Shown: positions 8,804-19,440 of the stretch, one piece after another
Layout: each line of letters opens with the position of its first letter
Position numbering within the stretch: position 1 is the stretch's first letter
Source: Actinomycetota bacterium
GTDB taxonomy: Bacteria; Actinomycetota; Acidimicrobiia; Acidimicrobiales; Ilumatobacteraceae
DNA: 64,000 bases
Reading direction: 5' to 3'
Assembly (NCBI GenBank): GCA_005787785.1
Contig: SXZT01000038.1
Span: 41,816 to 105,815, forward strand
Position numbers and translations under genes: made by a program
Notes under the pieces: model-generated
What the model saw: only the letters and a program-made list of their open reading frames with translations
Told to the model about the DNA's origin: nothing
The model's database searches: none

Positions 8804-9952
8804 TCACCCGCGTAGAAGCCGCAGGCCGCCTGCTCCGTCGAAGGCGATTCCGGCGGAGCCTGCCACCAAGTCAGTCAGGTCACGACCCACAAGGTCGGAC
8901 CGCCAGCCTGTGCGGAGACGGGCCCCGGGGGTTCCACGGAGGAAGTCGATGATGTCGGCACGCGTGCCCAGGATTGCCGTCTCGATCCGCTCACGAGCGG
9001 CAACCTCACTGATCCACGCCGAGATCAAGGTGGCTGCAGGTCGTAGATCCCGATCGAACTCTTCGGCATCGTTTTTCGGGTGCGCAACGTCGAGGTCACG
9101 ACCCCGTTCAACCGCGTCGAGTATTTCCCGCGCGATGGAACCCTTGGTGTAACGCCCGTCAACCCCCCGGCATTGAGCCAACTCCTCGAGCGTGTGGGGT
9201 GCGCGTTGCGCTACACCGAGTAGAGCGAGGTCCGAAAGAACGTGGCGAACGGGGATGTTCTGGCGTTGGGCTCGCTCTTCACGCCATTGCGCAACGGACT
9301 GGGCCACTCCCCTTGCTCGCGACTTCAGCGTCTTTACGTCTTTCACCCTCAACCACGCCTGCGATGGGTCGACTAGCGAAGAAGGTCGCTCGAGCAACTC
9401 GCGAAACGCATCCTCGGCCCACGACACTCGGCCGCAGTCTTCCAACTGCCGGGTGATCGACTGATGCAGGAAAGGTAGATGACGCACATCCGCCGCCGCG
9501 TATGACTTTTGGTCATCGGTCAACGGGCGGCGCAGCCAGTCAGTGAGGCGGTCACCTTTGGGAAGGGCGAAACCCATCTCATTTTGAACCAGCGCAGACA
9601 ACGAGGGTGTGCTGTAACCGATGAACCCGGCTGCGATCTGTGTATCGAAAATCGCATTGAGTCGCGAACCACACGTGAGCTGAAGCACGTCGAGATCTTG
9701 TTGAGCGGCATGGAGGACCACGAGCGCATCATTTTCGAACAGTGCTGCAATGACGTCGAGGTCGACCGCCGTAGGGTCAACAATGAATATCTGGTCGGCG
9801 AGGTTGATCTGGATCAACGCAAGTTGCGGAAAGTAGGTACGTTCACGGTGAAACTCGGTGTCGAGGCTGTATGTCTCGACGGATCGAAGACGTGAAGCAA
9901 GTTCTTCGACACCGCTGCGGGTTTCGATCCATGTTCCCGCATCGGAGCTCAA
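8804..9952 (-). CDS. rnd: ribonuclease D (3'-5' exonuclease + HRDC domain)
   Basis: ...SLDTEFHRERTYFPQLALIQI... DEDD exonuclease motif I, ...AAADVRHL..., and a C-terminal HRDC-like region. 382 aa. Confidence 0.85.
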   Translation of the reverse strand: MSSDAGTWIETRSGVEELASRLRSVETYSLDTEFHRERTYFPQLALIQINLADQIFIVDPTAVDLDVIAALFENDALVVLHAAQQDLDVLQLTCGSRLNAIFDTQIAAGFIGYSTPSLSALVQNEMGFALPKGDRLTDWLRRPLTDDQKSYAAADVRHLPFLHQSITRQLEDCGRVSWAEDAFRELLERPSSLVDPSQAWLRVKDVKTLKSRARGVAQSVAQWREERAQRQNIPVRHVLSDLALLGVAQRAPHTLEELAQCRGVDGRYTKGSIAREILDAVERGRDLDVAHPKNDAEEFDRDLRPAATLISAWISEVAARERIETAILGTRADIIDFLRGTPGARLRTGWRSDLVGRDLTDLVAGSAGIAFDGAGGLRLLRG

Positions 9953-10293
9953 TGCGGCGACTCGCCCAAGACGACTCCGTTACCCGTGGCTGTCCAAGCC
10001 CCGGTTCCTCCGGCCACGTTCACCACAAGCTTGCCGAGACCCTCGAGGTATTCGCAGGCACGCAAACTCCGTCCACCTACCTGGCAAATGACGTAGGTAA
10101 CCACACCATCGGGAAAAGCATCGACGTTCTCGGTCAACACTGAGAGTGGAACCGAGAGGGCACCGGGGACGTGGCCCGCGACGTATTCGTCAGTTTCACG
10201 AACATCGATGACCGTGCAGCCCCGGTCGATCTGGCCCTTCAACTCTGTGATGGAAATTTCTGAAATCGACATCGTTTTCGAGACTATCGGCAC
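9949..10293 (-). CDS. rhodanese-like sulfurtransferase domain protein
   Basis: 114 aa with active-site loop CQVGGRS. 4-nt overlap with the rnd start. Confidence 0.8.
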   Translation of the reverse strand: MPIVSKTMSISEISITELKGQIDRGCTVIDVRETDEYVAGHVPGALSVPLSVLTENVDAFPDGVVTYVICQVGGRSLRACEYLEGLGKLVVNVAGGTGAWTATGNGVVLGESPH

Positions 10294-10296
10294 GGC

Positions 10297-10869
10297 TCAA
10301 TCGGGTCGCAGTTCGGGGGTGTTTACATCAAGCAACTCGTCGGGCTGCACATCCACCGCATCAACCGGACACAAGCGCAGTAGCACCTGAACGGCTGACA
10401 CCGAGTCGCCGTTGGAAACGATCGACGCGGCAAGGGGCGCAGGAACGGCACCCAGAACCCAATGCAATCCGGCACCACCTCTGGCAACGGCGACCGCGGG
10501 CCTGCCGGCTCTTACCGAAGCCGCCGCTCGATCCCTCAACAATCGAAGTGTTGGGGGGGTGACGCCGAGCATGTCGACGGCCATGAAGACCAGGTTTTCG
10601 TTCCTGTCCAACGCGCACTGAGCAAGACGCGCAATTGAATGGGCGGGACCGGGGGCATCGAGTGTGTCAGCGACCATCGTGCAATGTGCGGGAATGTCGG
10701 GCTGCCAATCGAAGGCCACCGAGACCGCAATCGTGTCCCCCGGCTCACTTGCTTCCTCGATAACCGAAAGACAGTGGCCGAGGAAGGTGGTGTCGCCATG
10801 GGACGCCGCCGCCTTCGGCCCCCCGTAGCGGCTCCCCTTGCCACCGGCGAGTACCGCCCACACCGTCAC
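10297..10869 (-). CDS. MobA-like NTP-transferase (molybdenum cofactor nucleotidylyltransferase-like)
   Basis: N-terminal LAGGKGSRYGGPK nucleotide-binding motif and C-terminal ...VNTPE... typical of the MobA/MocA family. Confidence 0.6.
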   Translation of the reverse strand: MTVWAVLAGGKGSRYGGPKAAASHGDTTFLGHCLSVIEEASEPGDTIAVSVAFDWQPDIPAHCTMVADTLDAPGPAHSIARLAQCALDRNENLVFMAVDMLGVTPPTLRLLRDRAAASVRAGRPAVAVARGGAGLHWVLGAVPAPLAASIVSNGDSVSAVQVLLRLCPVDAVDVQPDELLDVNTPELRPD

Positions 10870-11318
10870 CCGAATATCTCGCCGAATCGTTCAGCCTCGT
10901 TCGAGGGCACCCCTGAAGGGTCGAGTTGAAGCAGGAACAAACGACAACGCTCTTCTTCGTCGGCTTCACCCACCCTTCCCGCGGCTAGTTGAAGACCGAA
11001 GACGCACCGCAAGAAACCGAGATTCCCCGGATGAGCCCAGCGAACATATCCCGAACCTCGCCACCCTTTCGCTCTCAGTGAATCGAGACCGCGGTGGTAG
11101 CCGACGCGAAAAGCCGCGTAACGATCGACTGCATCCTTTGCGGCCCAGCCGCACGCCCACCAGACGAGCGAGCTCCGCGGTGCCAACCGAACTGCGTGTT
11201 CACGCGCGTCACGGTTGCCGGACACCACCTGTGAAGTCAAGTGAATAACTTCGGGCGACTCCACCGGCAACCTCGTTTCTGGCGGGCCTGAACTCGAGAG
11301 TGAAATGTTGGACGACAC
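10866..11318 (-). CDS. DUF3151 family protein
   Basis: ...YAAFRVGYHRGLDSLRAKGWRGSGYVRWAHPGNLGFLRCV...EEERCRLFLLQLDP matches the actinobacterial DUF3151 pattern as I recall it. GTG start has a TAGTCT box 6 nt upstream. Confidence 0.7.
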   Translation of the reverse strand: MSSNISLSSSGPPETRLPVESPEVIHLTSQVVSGNRDAREHAVRLAPRSSLVWWACGWAAKDAVDRYAAFRVGYHRGLDSLRAKGWRGSGYVRWAHPGNLGFLRCVFGLQLAAGRVGEADEEERCRLFLLQLDPSGVPSNEAERFGEIFG

Positions 11319-11396
11319 GCCGAAAGACTAGTTGTCGAGTGATCGACGCGTGTCGGCATCCACGAGACTGTGGGCGTCGGTGAATAACGTGGGCAC

Positions 11397-11720
11397 GTGC
11401 CGAATCAAACCCTCATCCAGGCGCTCGATCTGAATCAAGCAAAAAACGGGTCGATCGTGGCGATCGTCGTCTGTGTCGCGTTGATTCTCTTGGTTTTGAA
11501 GTTCATTTCGTCGCTGGTCGTGCGGTTGGTGTTGTCGATCGTGTTCGCCGTGCTCGGTGTGGTTGTCTACTCGCAACGAGCCTCTCTCGTCGACTGTGCC
11601 GAGAAGATCAGGTCCTCCGTATCGGAAGGCTCTGCCGGCACCGACGGGTCCGGTGTGTCGTGCACCTTCTTCGGCCGTGACGTGTCGATCACCCTCAACG
11701 GTTCCGTACGGGGCGGGTGA
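11397..11720 (+). CDS. small membrane protein (two predicted TM helices), hypothetical
   Basis: Strong third-position GC bias in this frame. Hydrophobic stretches IVAIVVCVALILLVL and VVRLVLSIVFAVLGVVVY. TAACGT box exactly 6 nt upstream of GTG 11397. The overlapping 359-aa antisense ORF is judged spurious. Confidence 0.5.
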   Translation: MPNQTLIQALDLNQAKNGSIVAIVVCVALILLVLKFISSLVVRLVLSIVFAVLGVVVYSQRASLVDCAEKIRSSVSEGSAGTDGSGVSCTFFGRDVSITLNGSVRGG

Positions 11721-11771
11721 CCCCGCCCGGTTGAGGCGGCAAGCGGAGGGTTCGCTTAGAGTTCGTTTGTA

Positions 11772-12398
11772 ATGGAACTTCTCATCATTCGTCACGCCCT
11801 GCCCGTCCGCCGCGAACTCGATGCAGGAGTCGCCGATCCCCAGTTGTCGGATGACGGCCTCGCTCAGGCCGACCGCTTGGCCGAGTATCTCGCAAGCGAG
11901 AAGATCCACGCGGTGTACGCGAGCCCATTGCGTCGGGCGCAGCAGACCGCCGCACCCCTTGCCCGCACGCAGAGCGTCGAGATAGTGACGGTCGACGACA
12001 TCGCCGAATGGGACCGCAATTCGAACGAGTACGTCCCCGTCGAAGAGCTGAAGGCGGCCAATGATCCCCGTTGGCAAGCAATGTTGCGTGGCGAATGGAA
12101 CGTCCACGAGGAGAGCCCCGAGGAGTTCAACAGGCGCTGCGTTCTGGCCATCGAGAAAATGATCGCGGATCACTCGGGACAGACGATTGCCGTCGTGTGC
12201 CACGGAGGCGTCATCAACGCGTATCTCGTCCACGTTCTCGGCCTGACGGTCAACGTTCAGGGTTTCTTCTACCCCAACTACACCTCGATTCATCGGGTCG
12301 CCGCGGCGCGCAGTGGCGAGCGGTCGATCGTGACGATCAATGAGACGTCGCACCTTCGCAACTCGGGTCTGCCGATGGGAATCTTCCAGAAGTCGTGA
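11772..12398 (+). CDS. histidine phosphatase family protein (phosphoglycerate-mutase-like)
   Basis: N-terminal LIIRHALP (RHG-type catalytic His motif) and ...VVCHGGVI... second His motif. Confidence 0.8.
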   Translation: MELLIIRHALPVRRELDAGVADPQLSDDGLAQADRLAEYLASEKIHAVYASPLRRAQQTAAPLARTQSVEIVTVDDIAEWDRNSNEYVPVEELKAANDPRWQAMLRGEWNVHEESPEEFNRRCVLAIEKMIADHSGQTIAVVCHGGVINAYLVHVLGLTVNVQGFFYPNYTSIHRVAAARSGERSIVTINETSHLRNSGLPMGIFQKS

Positions 12399-13639
12399 TG
12401 ACGGCAATCGACGATTTCCTGTCGTATCTCGACGAGTCGCCCTCTCCCTTTCACGCCGTCTCGTCCAGCGTCGCGCGGCTCGGCGCGGCGGGCTTTCATG
12501 TCACGTCGCACGCGGAAGTCGATGACGCAGTCTTCGCCGAATCAAAGGGCGTTCTCAAACACGGGGGCGCCGTCATCGCGTGGTCGTGGCCCCGGGATTC
12601 CGGTTCCGGGCAAGGTGTCCTGGTGGTGGGGGCACACACCGATTCGCCATGCCTACGTTTGAAGCCGCGGCCGAATTCACGGGCCGCGGGTTTGTCGGTG
12701 CTCGAAGTCGAAATCTACGGAGGGGTGCTTCTCAACTCCTGGCTCGATAGGGATCTCGGCCTTGCAGGAGTCGTGCATTCCGTCGACGGGACGACGAGAC
12801 TTTGCGAGACACGCCGTCCGATCGCCCGCGTGCCGCAATTGGCGATACATCTCGACCGTGAAGTCAACGACAAGGGACTCATTCTCAATCGACAGAGCCA
12901 CATGCGTCCCATCTGGGGCTCGGAGGGCGGCGATGTCTTGGATCTGCTCGGTATCGGCCCCAACGAGGCCTTCGATATTGCCCTGTTCGACGTCACGCCG
13001 GCAGCCCTCGTTGGAGCGAGGGGGGAATTCATAGCGTCGGGCCGTATCGACAACCTTGTCTCTTGTTGGGCCGCGGTCGATGCGATCCGCCACGCTGACG
13101 CAGACCGACCGATGATCGTCTGTCTCTTCGACCACGAGGAAGTGGGCTCCGAGAGCACGACTGGCGCGGCGGGTCCCCTGCTCGAGCACGTCATCGATGA
13201 GTTGCTGAGGGTGCGCGGTCTCGGCAATTCCCGATTCGATTTTTTGCGAAAGTCATTGTGTCTCTCGGCCGACAACGCCCACGGATTGCACCCGAACTAC
13301 CCCGAACGACACGACGCGAACCATGCTCCCCTCGTCAACCGCGGTCCGGCACTGAAACACAACTCCAACCAGCGCTACGCCACTGCGGCCAGAGGGGCCG
13401 CAACCGTGCGTCGTATCGCGGAAGAGGCGGGTGTCCCGTTGCAGGATTTTGTTTCGAACAACGCAATGCCGTGTGGAAGCACCATCGGTCCGATCACTGC
13501 GACGAGACTGGGGATAGAGACCGTCGACATCGGAGTGCCCCAACTCGCGATGCACTCGGCAAGAGAGACCTGTGGTTCCTCCGATCCGCTTGCGCTGCGT
13601 GACCTCATCTTTGCGGCTGCGAAGGCATCGAGTTACTGA
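12395..13639 (+). CDS. M18 family aminopeptidase (aspartyl aminopeptidase-like)
   Basis: SPSPFHAV, GAHTDSP, FDHEEVGS, ADNAHGLHPN and QLAMHSARE motifs of peptidase family M18. Start overlaps the preceding stop. Confidence 0.85.
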   Translation: MMTAIDDFLSYLDESPSPFHAVSSSVARLGAAGFHVTSHAEVDDAVFAESKGVLKHGGAVIAWSWPRDSGSGQGVLVVGAHTDSPCLRLKPRPNSRAAGLSVLEVEIYGGVLLNSWLDRDLGLAGVVHSVDGTTRLCETRRPIARVPQLAIHLDREVNDKGLILNRQSHMRPIWGSEGGDVLDLLGIGPNEAFDIALFDVTPAALVGARGEFIASGRIDNLVSCWAAVDAIRHADADRPMIVCLFDHEEVGSESTTGAAGPLLEHVIDELLRVRGLGNSRFDFLRKSLCLSADNAHGLHPNYPERHDANHAPLVNRGPALKHNSNQRYATAARGAATVRRIAEEAGVPLQDFVSNNAMPCGSTIGPITATRLGIETVDIGVPQLAMHSARETCGSSDPLALRDLIFAAAKASSY

Positions 13640-14316
13640 GAAGGCGTTCCTGCTCGCTCTTGCGCTTCGTCGAAAAGGCGTTGCAGTTCTTTGTGTAGGT
13701 GCGCCGAAAAATCCTTCACGGCGCTGCGTGAAGCGCGGCCCTCTTTTGAGGGTGGTGCGATCGGCGGACCCACGAGGACGACACACTTGCTGGGCCGGAG
13801 GTACTTCTTGTTCTTCGGCATCGCGCGCTCCGATCCGCCGATCCCAACTGGCACGACCGGCACGCCAGCTTTCAACGCGATGTAGGTGACTCCGTCGAAG
13901 AGCGGGTGGACGATTTTTCCCGACTTCCGCTCGCCTTCGGGGAAGAGAACGAGTGGTTCGCCAGCTTCGAGGACCTCGATACAGCGCCGCAGCGCCTCGC
14001 GGTCAGCGGTTCCACGCGAGACCGGGAACCCGCCGAGCGCCGAGAGGATCCAGCCGACGGACTTGTTCTTCCACAAGGAGTCCTTACCCATGTAACGCAT
14101 ACGACGTCTGGTCACGGTGCACACGAGTGGTGTGTCGATGTAGGAACGGTGTACCGGCGCAAGAATGAACGGACCGGTTCGGGGAATGTGTTGGCGCCCG
14201 ATAACGGAAGTACGCCAGAAGGTGCGACAGAAGAAGTTGAGGACGTTGCGAACCATCCGATAGAACGCTCGCGAACCAAGATCGTTTCCTGCCAGAAAAC
14301 TGTCGACGTCAGCCAC
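13633..14316 (-). CDS. plsC: 1-acyl-sn-glycerol-3-phosphate acyltransferase (PlsC family)
   Basis: HXXXXD acyltransferase motif (APVHRSYIDTP) and ...FPEGERK... motif. GTG 14316 gives an 8-nt GTGGCTGA overlap with the cmk stop. The longer ORF start 14445 would run 137 nt into cmk. Confidence 0.8.
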   Translation of the reverse strand: MADVDSFLAGNDLGSRAFYRMVRNVLNFFCRTFWRTSVIGRQHIPRTGPFILAPVHRSYIDTPLVCTVTRRRMRYMGKDSLWKNKSVGWILSALGGFPVSRGTADREALRRCIEVLEAGEPLVLFPEGERKSGKIVHPLFDGVTYIALKAGVPVVPVGIGGSERAMPKNKKYLRPSKCVVLVGPPIAPPSKEGRASRSAVKDFSAHLHKELQRLFDEAQERAGTPSQ

Positions 14317-14959
14317 GAGATGCCTCGCGATCCACCACGAGACCGTACAGTTTCTCCACGACCCGATCGACGGACAACACCGAGGTGTCGATGGTGACCG
14401 AACCCTCGGCCGTCTGCAGCGGACTGTCGACTCTGGTCGAATCAAGTCGATCGCGTTCAGCTATGGAGCGAGCGATGGCCTCGATGTCCCCGCCGGATTC
14501 CGCGACACGACGTCGTGCGCGTACCTCGGGCGATGCGGTGAGGAAAACCTTGAGCGTCGCGTCGGGAAAGACGACGGTACCGATGTCGCGGCCTTCGACG
14601 ACCCCTCCACCGTTTTTCATCACCCACGCCCGTTGCTGTGCCCGCAGAACCGCGCGGACACCACTGATGGCGGCGACGTGGCTCACGGCTTGGTTGATTC
14701 TGTTTGATCGGAGCTCAAGGGTGACATCGACTCCGTCGACAATCACGCGGTCGTCACCGACGTCGATACGCGACACCACGGCCAGGTGTGTGACCGCGTC
14801 GGCCTCGGTTGGCTCGATGCCGTCGCGCAACGCAGCGTGGGTCACCGCGCGATACATGGCACCTGTATCGAGATAAGGGACCTCCAGCCGACGCGCCAAG
14901 GCGCGGGCGATAGTGGACTTGCCCGCCCCTGCGGGTCCGTCGATGGCGACGACGCGCAT
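14309..14959 (-). CDS. cmk: cytidylate kinase
   Basis: P-loop IDGPAGAGKST, ...YLDTGAMYR..., ...EGRDIGTVVFPDA... Confidence 0.95.
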   Translation of the reverse strand: MRVVAIDGPAGAGKSTIARALARRLEVPYLDTGAMYRAVTHAALRDGIEPTEADAVTHLAVVSRIDVGDDRVIVDGVDVTLELRSNRINQAVSHVAAISGVRAVLRAQQRAWVMKNGGGVVEGRDIGTVVFPDATLKVFLTASPEVRARRRVAESGGDIEAIARSIAERDRLDSTRVDSPLQTAEGSVTIDTSVLSVDRVVEKLYGLVVDREASRG

Positions 14960-14967
14960 CGTCGTGG

Positions 14968-16419
<1,452 letters not shown>

Positions 16420-16426
16420 GGCGACC

Positions 16427-17125
16427 ATGGTCGCGAATTCTCTCGTTCTGGTTCACGGTTGGGGCGGCTCGTACCGCGACACCTGGCAGGGACCCGGGAT
16501 CGACCAGATTTTTGCCGACACGGGTTTCTCCGTCTCGGGTATCGATCTTCTCGGACATGGCGGGGCGGAAAAGCCCCATGAACCTGCCGCGTACGCCGAC
16601 CTTTCCTCGTACCTTCTCGAGCGTCTACCTGAGGAGCCGTGCATCGTCGTCGGCTTTTCACTCGGCGCACTCACCACGCTGCGAGCCGCGATCGACGCCC
16701 CGAGTCGGTTTCGCGGCATGGTCCTCGCGGGCATTGGAAACGGAGTATTCGAACCGCACAAGCCCGAAGAGACTGCTCGCATCCTCTCGGGCATCGATGG
16801 CACTGCACCGCCCGACGACAACATTGCCCGACTCTTCGGCCAGTACGCACGGCAGGGTGACAACGACGTCGAGGCCTTGACTGCTGTTCTGAAGAGACCG
16901 CCCTCCGCCCCGTTGTCTCCGGCGCAGTTGTCGCAGATCGTCTGCCCCGTGCTCGTGTGCATCGGCGAACGCGATTTCGCCGCGCCGTCGGATCGTCTGG
17001 CTGAGTCTTTCCCCGATGGTTCACTCTCCGTGCTTCCGCGAACCGACCACTTCGCGACTCCGGGCTCGTTTCCCTTCATCGATGCGGTCGTCGGCTTCCT
17101 CGAGTCAAGATTTTCCGACAAGTGA
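16427..17125 (+). CDS. alpha/beta-fold hydrolase
   Basis: HG oxyanion motif (LVLVHGWGGS) and nucleophile elbow GFSLGA. 232 aa. Confidence 0.75.
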   Translation: MVANSLVLVHGWGGSYRDTWQGPGIDQIFADTGFSVSGIDLLGHGGAEKPHEPAAYADLSSYLLERLPEEPCIVVGFSLGALTTLRAAIDAPSRFRGMVLAGIGNGVFEPHKPEETARILSGIDGTAPPDDNIARLFGQYARQGDNDVEALTAVLKRPPSAPLSPAQLSQIVCPVLVCIGERDFAAPSDRLAESFPDGSLSVLPRTDHFATPGSFPFIDAVVGFLESRFSDK

Positions 17126-18114
17126 TCGGCATGGACACGATCCTGCTCGAAGCCGACGTCGACGTCGACCTCGCCCACGCAATCGACTTTCTGCTGGGGG
17201 GTCGTCTCGTCGCCGTTCCGACCGAGACGGTTTACGGACTTGCCGCAGATGCGTCGAATGACGAAGCAGTGCTTCGCATTTTTGAGGCAAAGGGGCGCCC
17301 GAGAACTCACCCGTTGATCGTGCACGTCGCGGACATCTCCCACGCGCAGTCCCTCTCGCGCAACTGGACGCCGGCCGCCGAGGTACTCGCTCGCGCCTAC
17401 TGGCCGGGACCCCTGTCGATTTTGACCGAGCGATCGGATTTGGTGTTGCCGGTTGTCACGGGAGGTCGCAACACGGTCGTCCTGCGCGTACCCGATCATC
17501 CGGCTACTCTGCGCCTTCTGGCGGCACTGCACCTGAAGGGCAGTGCTGGTATCGCGGCGCCCTCCGCGAACCGGTTCGGGTCGATCAGCCCGACAACTGC
17601 CGCGCACGTCCTCTCCGACCTCGACGGTCGTATCGATGCCATCCTCGATGGCGGGGGATGCCGGGTCGGCGTCGAGTCAACGATCGTCAACTGTACGAAG
17701 GAGCCAGCTGCCATCCTGCGCCCCGGTGGAGTGACGGTCGAGGACATCTCGGCGTGCCTCGCCGAACACGGCCTCGCTGTCGTGGTCTCGGAGGACATCT
17801 CGGGGACGGTGGACACAGAGAAGGCCGTCGCACCGGGGATGCTTCACTCCCACTATGCACCGCAGACCAGACTCCTCGTCTTTTCCACGCAAGCCGAGGT
17901 TGATGACGCGCAACGCGAAGCGGAGGCGCGCGGCAAGCGAGTCGCCGTGCTACCCCACGACAACGACTCGTACGAATACTCCCGAAACCTCTACTCGTCG
18001 CTGCGCAGATGCGACGACCAAGGGGTTGACCTCATCATCGGCTTGCTCCCCCAGCCGACGGGTCTCGGTGCCGCCGTGCGCGACCGCCTTCTCAAGGCAG
18101 CTGCAGAGCGTTGA
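17122..18114 (+). CDS. tsaC: L-threonylcarbamoyladenylate synthase (YrdC domain + Sua5 C-terminal domain)
   Basis: ...VAVPTETVYGLAADA..., ...KGRP..HPLIVH..., ...SANRFG.ISPTTA... YrdC motifs plus a roughly 120-aa Sua5-type C-terminal domain. Confidence 0.9.
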   Translation: MIGMDTILLEADVDVDLAHAIDFLLGGRLVAVPTETVYGLAADASNDEAVLRIFEAKGRPRTHPLIVHVADISHAQSLSRNWTPAAEVLARAYWPGPLSILTERSDLVLPVVTGGRNTVVLRVPDHPATLRLLAALHLKGSAGIAAPSANRFGSISPTTAAHVLSDLDGRIDAILDGGGCRVGVESTIVNCTKEPAAILRPGGVTVEDISACLAEHGLAVVVSEDISGTVDTEKAVAPGMLHSHYAPQTRLLVFSTQAEVDDAQREAEARGKRVAVLPHDNDSYEYSRNLYSSLRRCDDQGVDLIIGLLPQPTGLGAAVRDRLLKAAAER

Positions 18115-18571
18115 TCGCAGCGACCCAGGTGTCGCGAACAGCTTCGACGTCGTGTGCCATGGGAGCCTCGAGGGTCAACGAGACGGTCGACGACCCCGCA
18201 TCGGGTACCAGCTCGAAGCAGACCCACGTGTCGGGCGGCTCGTGCATGCGCACCTCCAGACGGTAGGGCGGGTCGTCATCGGACACGTCGCCCAAATCGG
18301 CTGCAGCCAAGAGCAAAAGTTCGAACGCCTCGACGGGCAATGCGCTCACCGTGAAGGACGGACTGTCCGAACCCCGTCGCACACGAAGTGATCCGACGTC
18401 GCGAGCAACGAGAAGCAACTCGACCGCACGCTCGACGTCGTCGACGGCCTCGCGAGTACCGCCGTGGTCGGGATGGCGCCGGAGCAAAGCCTGACGACGA
18501 GCCCTCTGCAGATCCCGCACATCGAAGCCTTCGGTGAGGCCGAGCAATGCGAGGGCCTCGGCACGATTCAC
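18092..18571 (-). CDS. J-domain protein with uncharacterised C-terminal domain
   Basis: GTG 18571 lies 10 nt after the upstream stop. ...ALALLGL...DLQRARRQALLRRHPDHGG... contains the HPD J-domain signature. No Zn-finger or G/F region. The C-terminal roughly 100 aa are unassigned. Confidence 0.6.
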   Translation of the reverse strand: MNRAEALALLGLTEGFDVRDLQRARRQALLRRHPDHGGTREAVDDVERAVELLLVARDVGSLRVRRGSDSPSFTVSALPVEAFELLLLAAADLGDVSDDDPPYRLEVRMHEPPDTWVCFELVPDAGSSTVSLTLEAPMAHDVEAVRDTWVAAINALQLP

Positions 18572-18581
18572 GACGGTGTCT

Positions 18582-19388
18582 TCAGCGGCCCTTGAATTCG
18601 GGAGTCCGCTTTTCCATGAAGGCGGAGACCCCTTCACGGAAGTCAGCGGTCTTGAAGAGCGGCAGCAACTGCAGAAAGACGTGGTGAATGTTCTGCTCGA
18701 ACGTCTCCGTTTCTGCGGCACGCATCATCCGCTTGATTGCGCGGACCGCAAGTGGAGCGTTCGCGGTGATCTCGGTCGCCAACATGCGGGCTGCAGACTG
18801 CAATTCGGCCGCCGGATGCACGTAGTTGACGAGTCCGAGGTCGAGTGCTTCGACGGCCGTCAACGTTCGACCCGTGAAGGAGATCTCGGCGGCCTTCGCA
18901 TAGCCCACCATGCGCGGCAGAAGCCATGTGCCGCCCGACTCGGGAAGGATGCCGCGCTTGGCGAAACCCGGGTTCAGTTTTGCGGTGTCAGCTGCCAACC
19001 GGATGTCGCAACCGAATGCGAGGTCGAGGCCGTAGCCGGCGGCACCACCATTGAGCGCACACACCACAGGTGTGTCGAGATTGTGAAGCACGACCGGTGG
19101 AGCCGTGCGGAGATCGAACTCGCCGGTCGATGCACCGAGGTCGCCCATGTTGCCGAGGGAGTCCTTCGAACCCGACATCTGCGCCGCGAGATCGAGGCCC
19201 GCACAGAAAGCACGCCCCGCACCGGTGAGGATCACGCAGCGAACGTTGCGATCGCGGTCCGCACGAAGAAGCGCGTCGGACAACTCATCGAGCATCGCGC
19301 TCGAAATTGTGTTCATGCGCTCGGGGGCGTTCAGGGTGATCGTCGCGATGTGGTCGTCGACTTCGTAAAGAACCTCTGCTGAAGACAT
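18582..19388 (-). CDS. enoyl-CoA hydratase/isomerase (crotonase) family protein
   Basis: ...ILTGAGRAFCAGLDL... oxyanion-hole motif. 268 aa. TAGTTT box 6 nt upstream of the ATG. Confidence 0.85.
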   Translation of the reverse strand: MSSAEVLYEVDDHIATITLNAPERMNTISSAMLDELSDALLRADRDRNVRCVILTGAGRAFCAGLDLAAQMSGSKDSLGNMGDLGASTGEFDLRTAPPVVLHNLDTPVVCALNGGAAGYGLDLAFGCDIRLAADTAKLNPGFAKRGILPESGGTWLLPRMVGYAKAAEISFTGRTLTAVEALDLGLVNYVHPAAELQSAARMLATEITANAPLAVRAIKRMMRAAETETFEQNIHHVFLQLLPLFKTADFREGVSAFMEKRTPEFKGR

Positions 19389-19440
19389 GGACAGAAACTA
19401 GCCGTTCGTTGGAACCGGTTCCGTGTGCGAACATTGCAAC

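Noticed and set aside
8780-8806. Intrinsic terminator after rnd (GGGTGAAACCC followed by T5 on the minus strand)
   Set aside because: The stem is only 3-4 bp and overlaps the stop codon, which is too weak to call.
11328-12407. 359-aa minus-strand ORF
   Set aside because: It is antisense to the histidine-phosphatase gene and to the small membrane ORF. It has no motifs and no promoter or RBS context.
16453-17607. 384-aa minus-strand ORF
   Set aside because: It is antisense to the alpha/beta hydrolase and tsaC genes, both with clear motifs.
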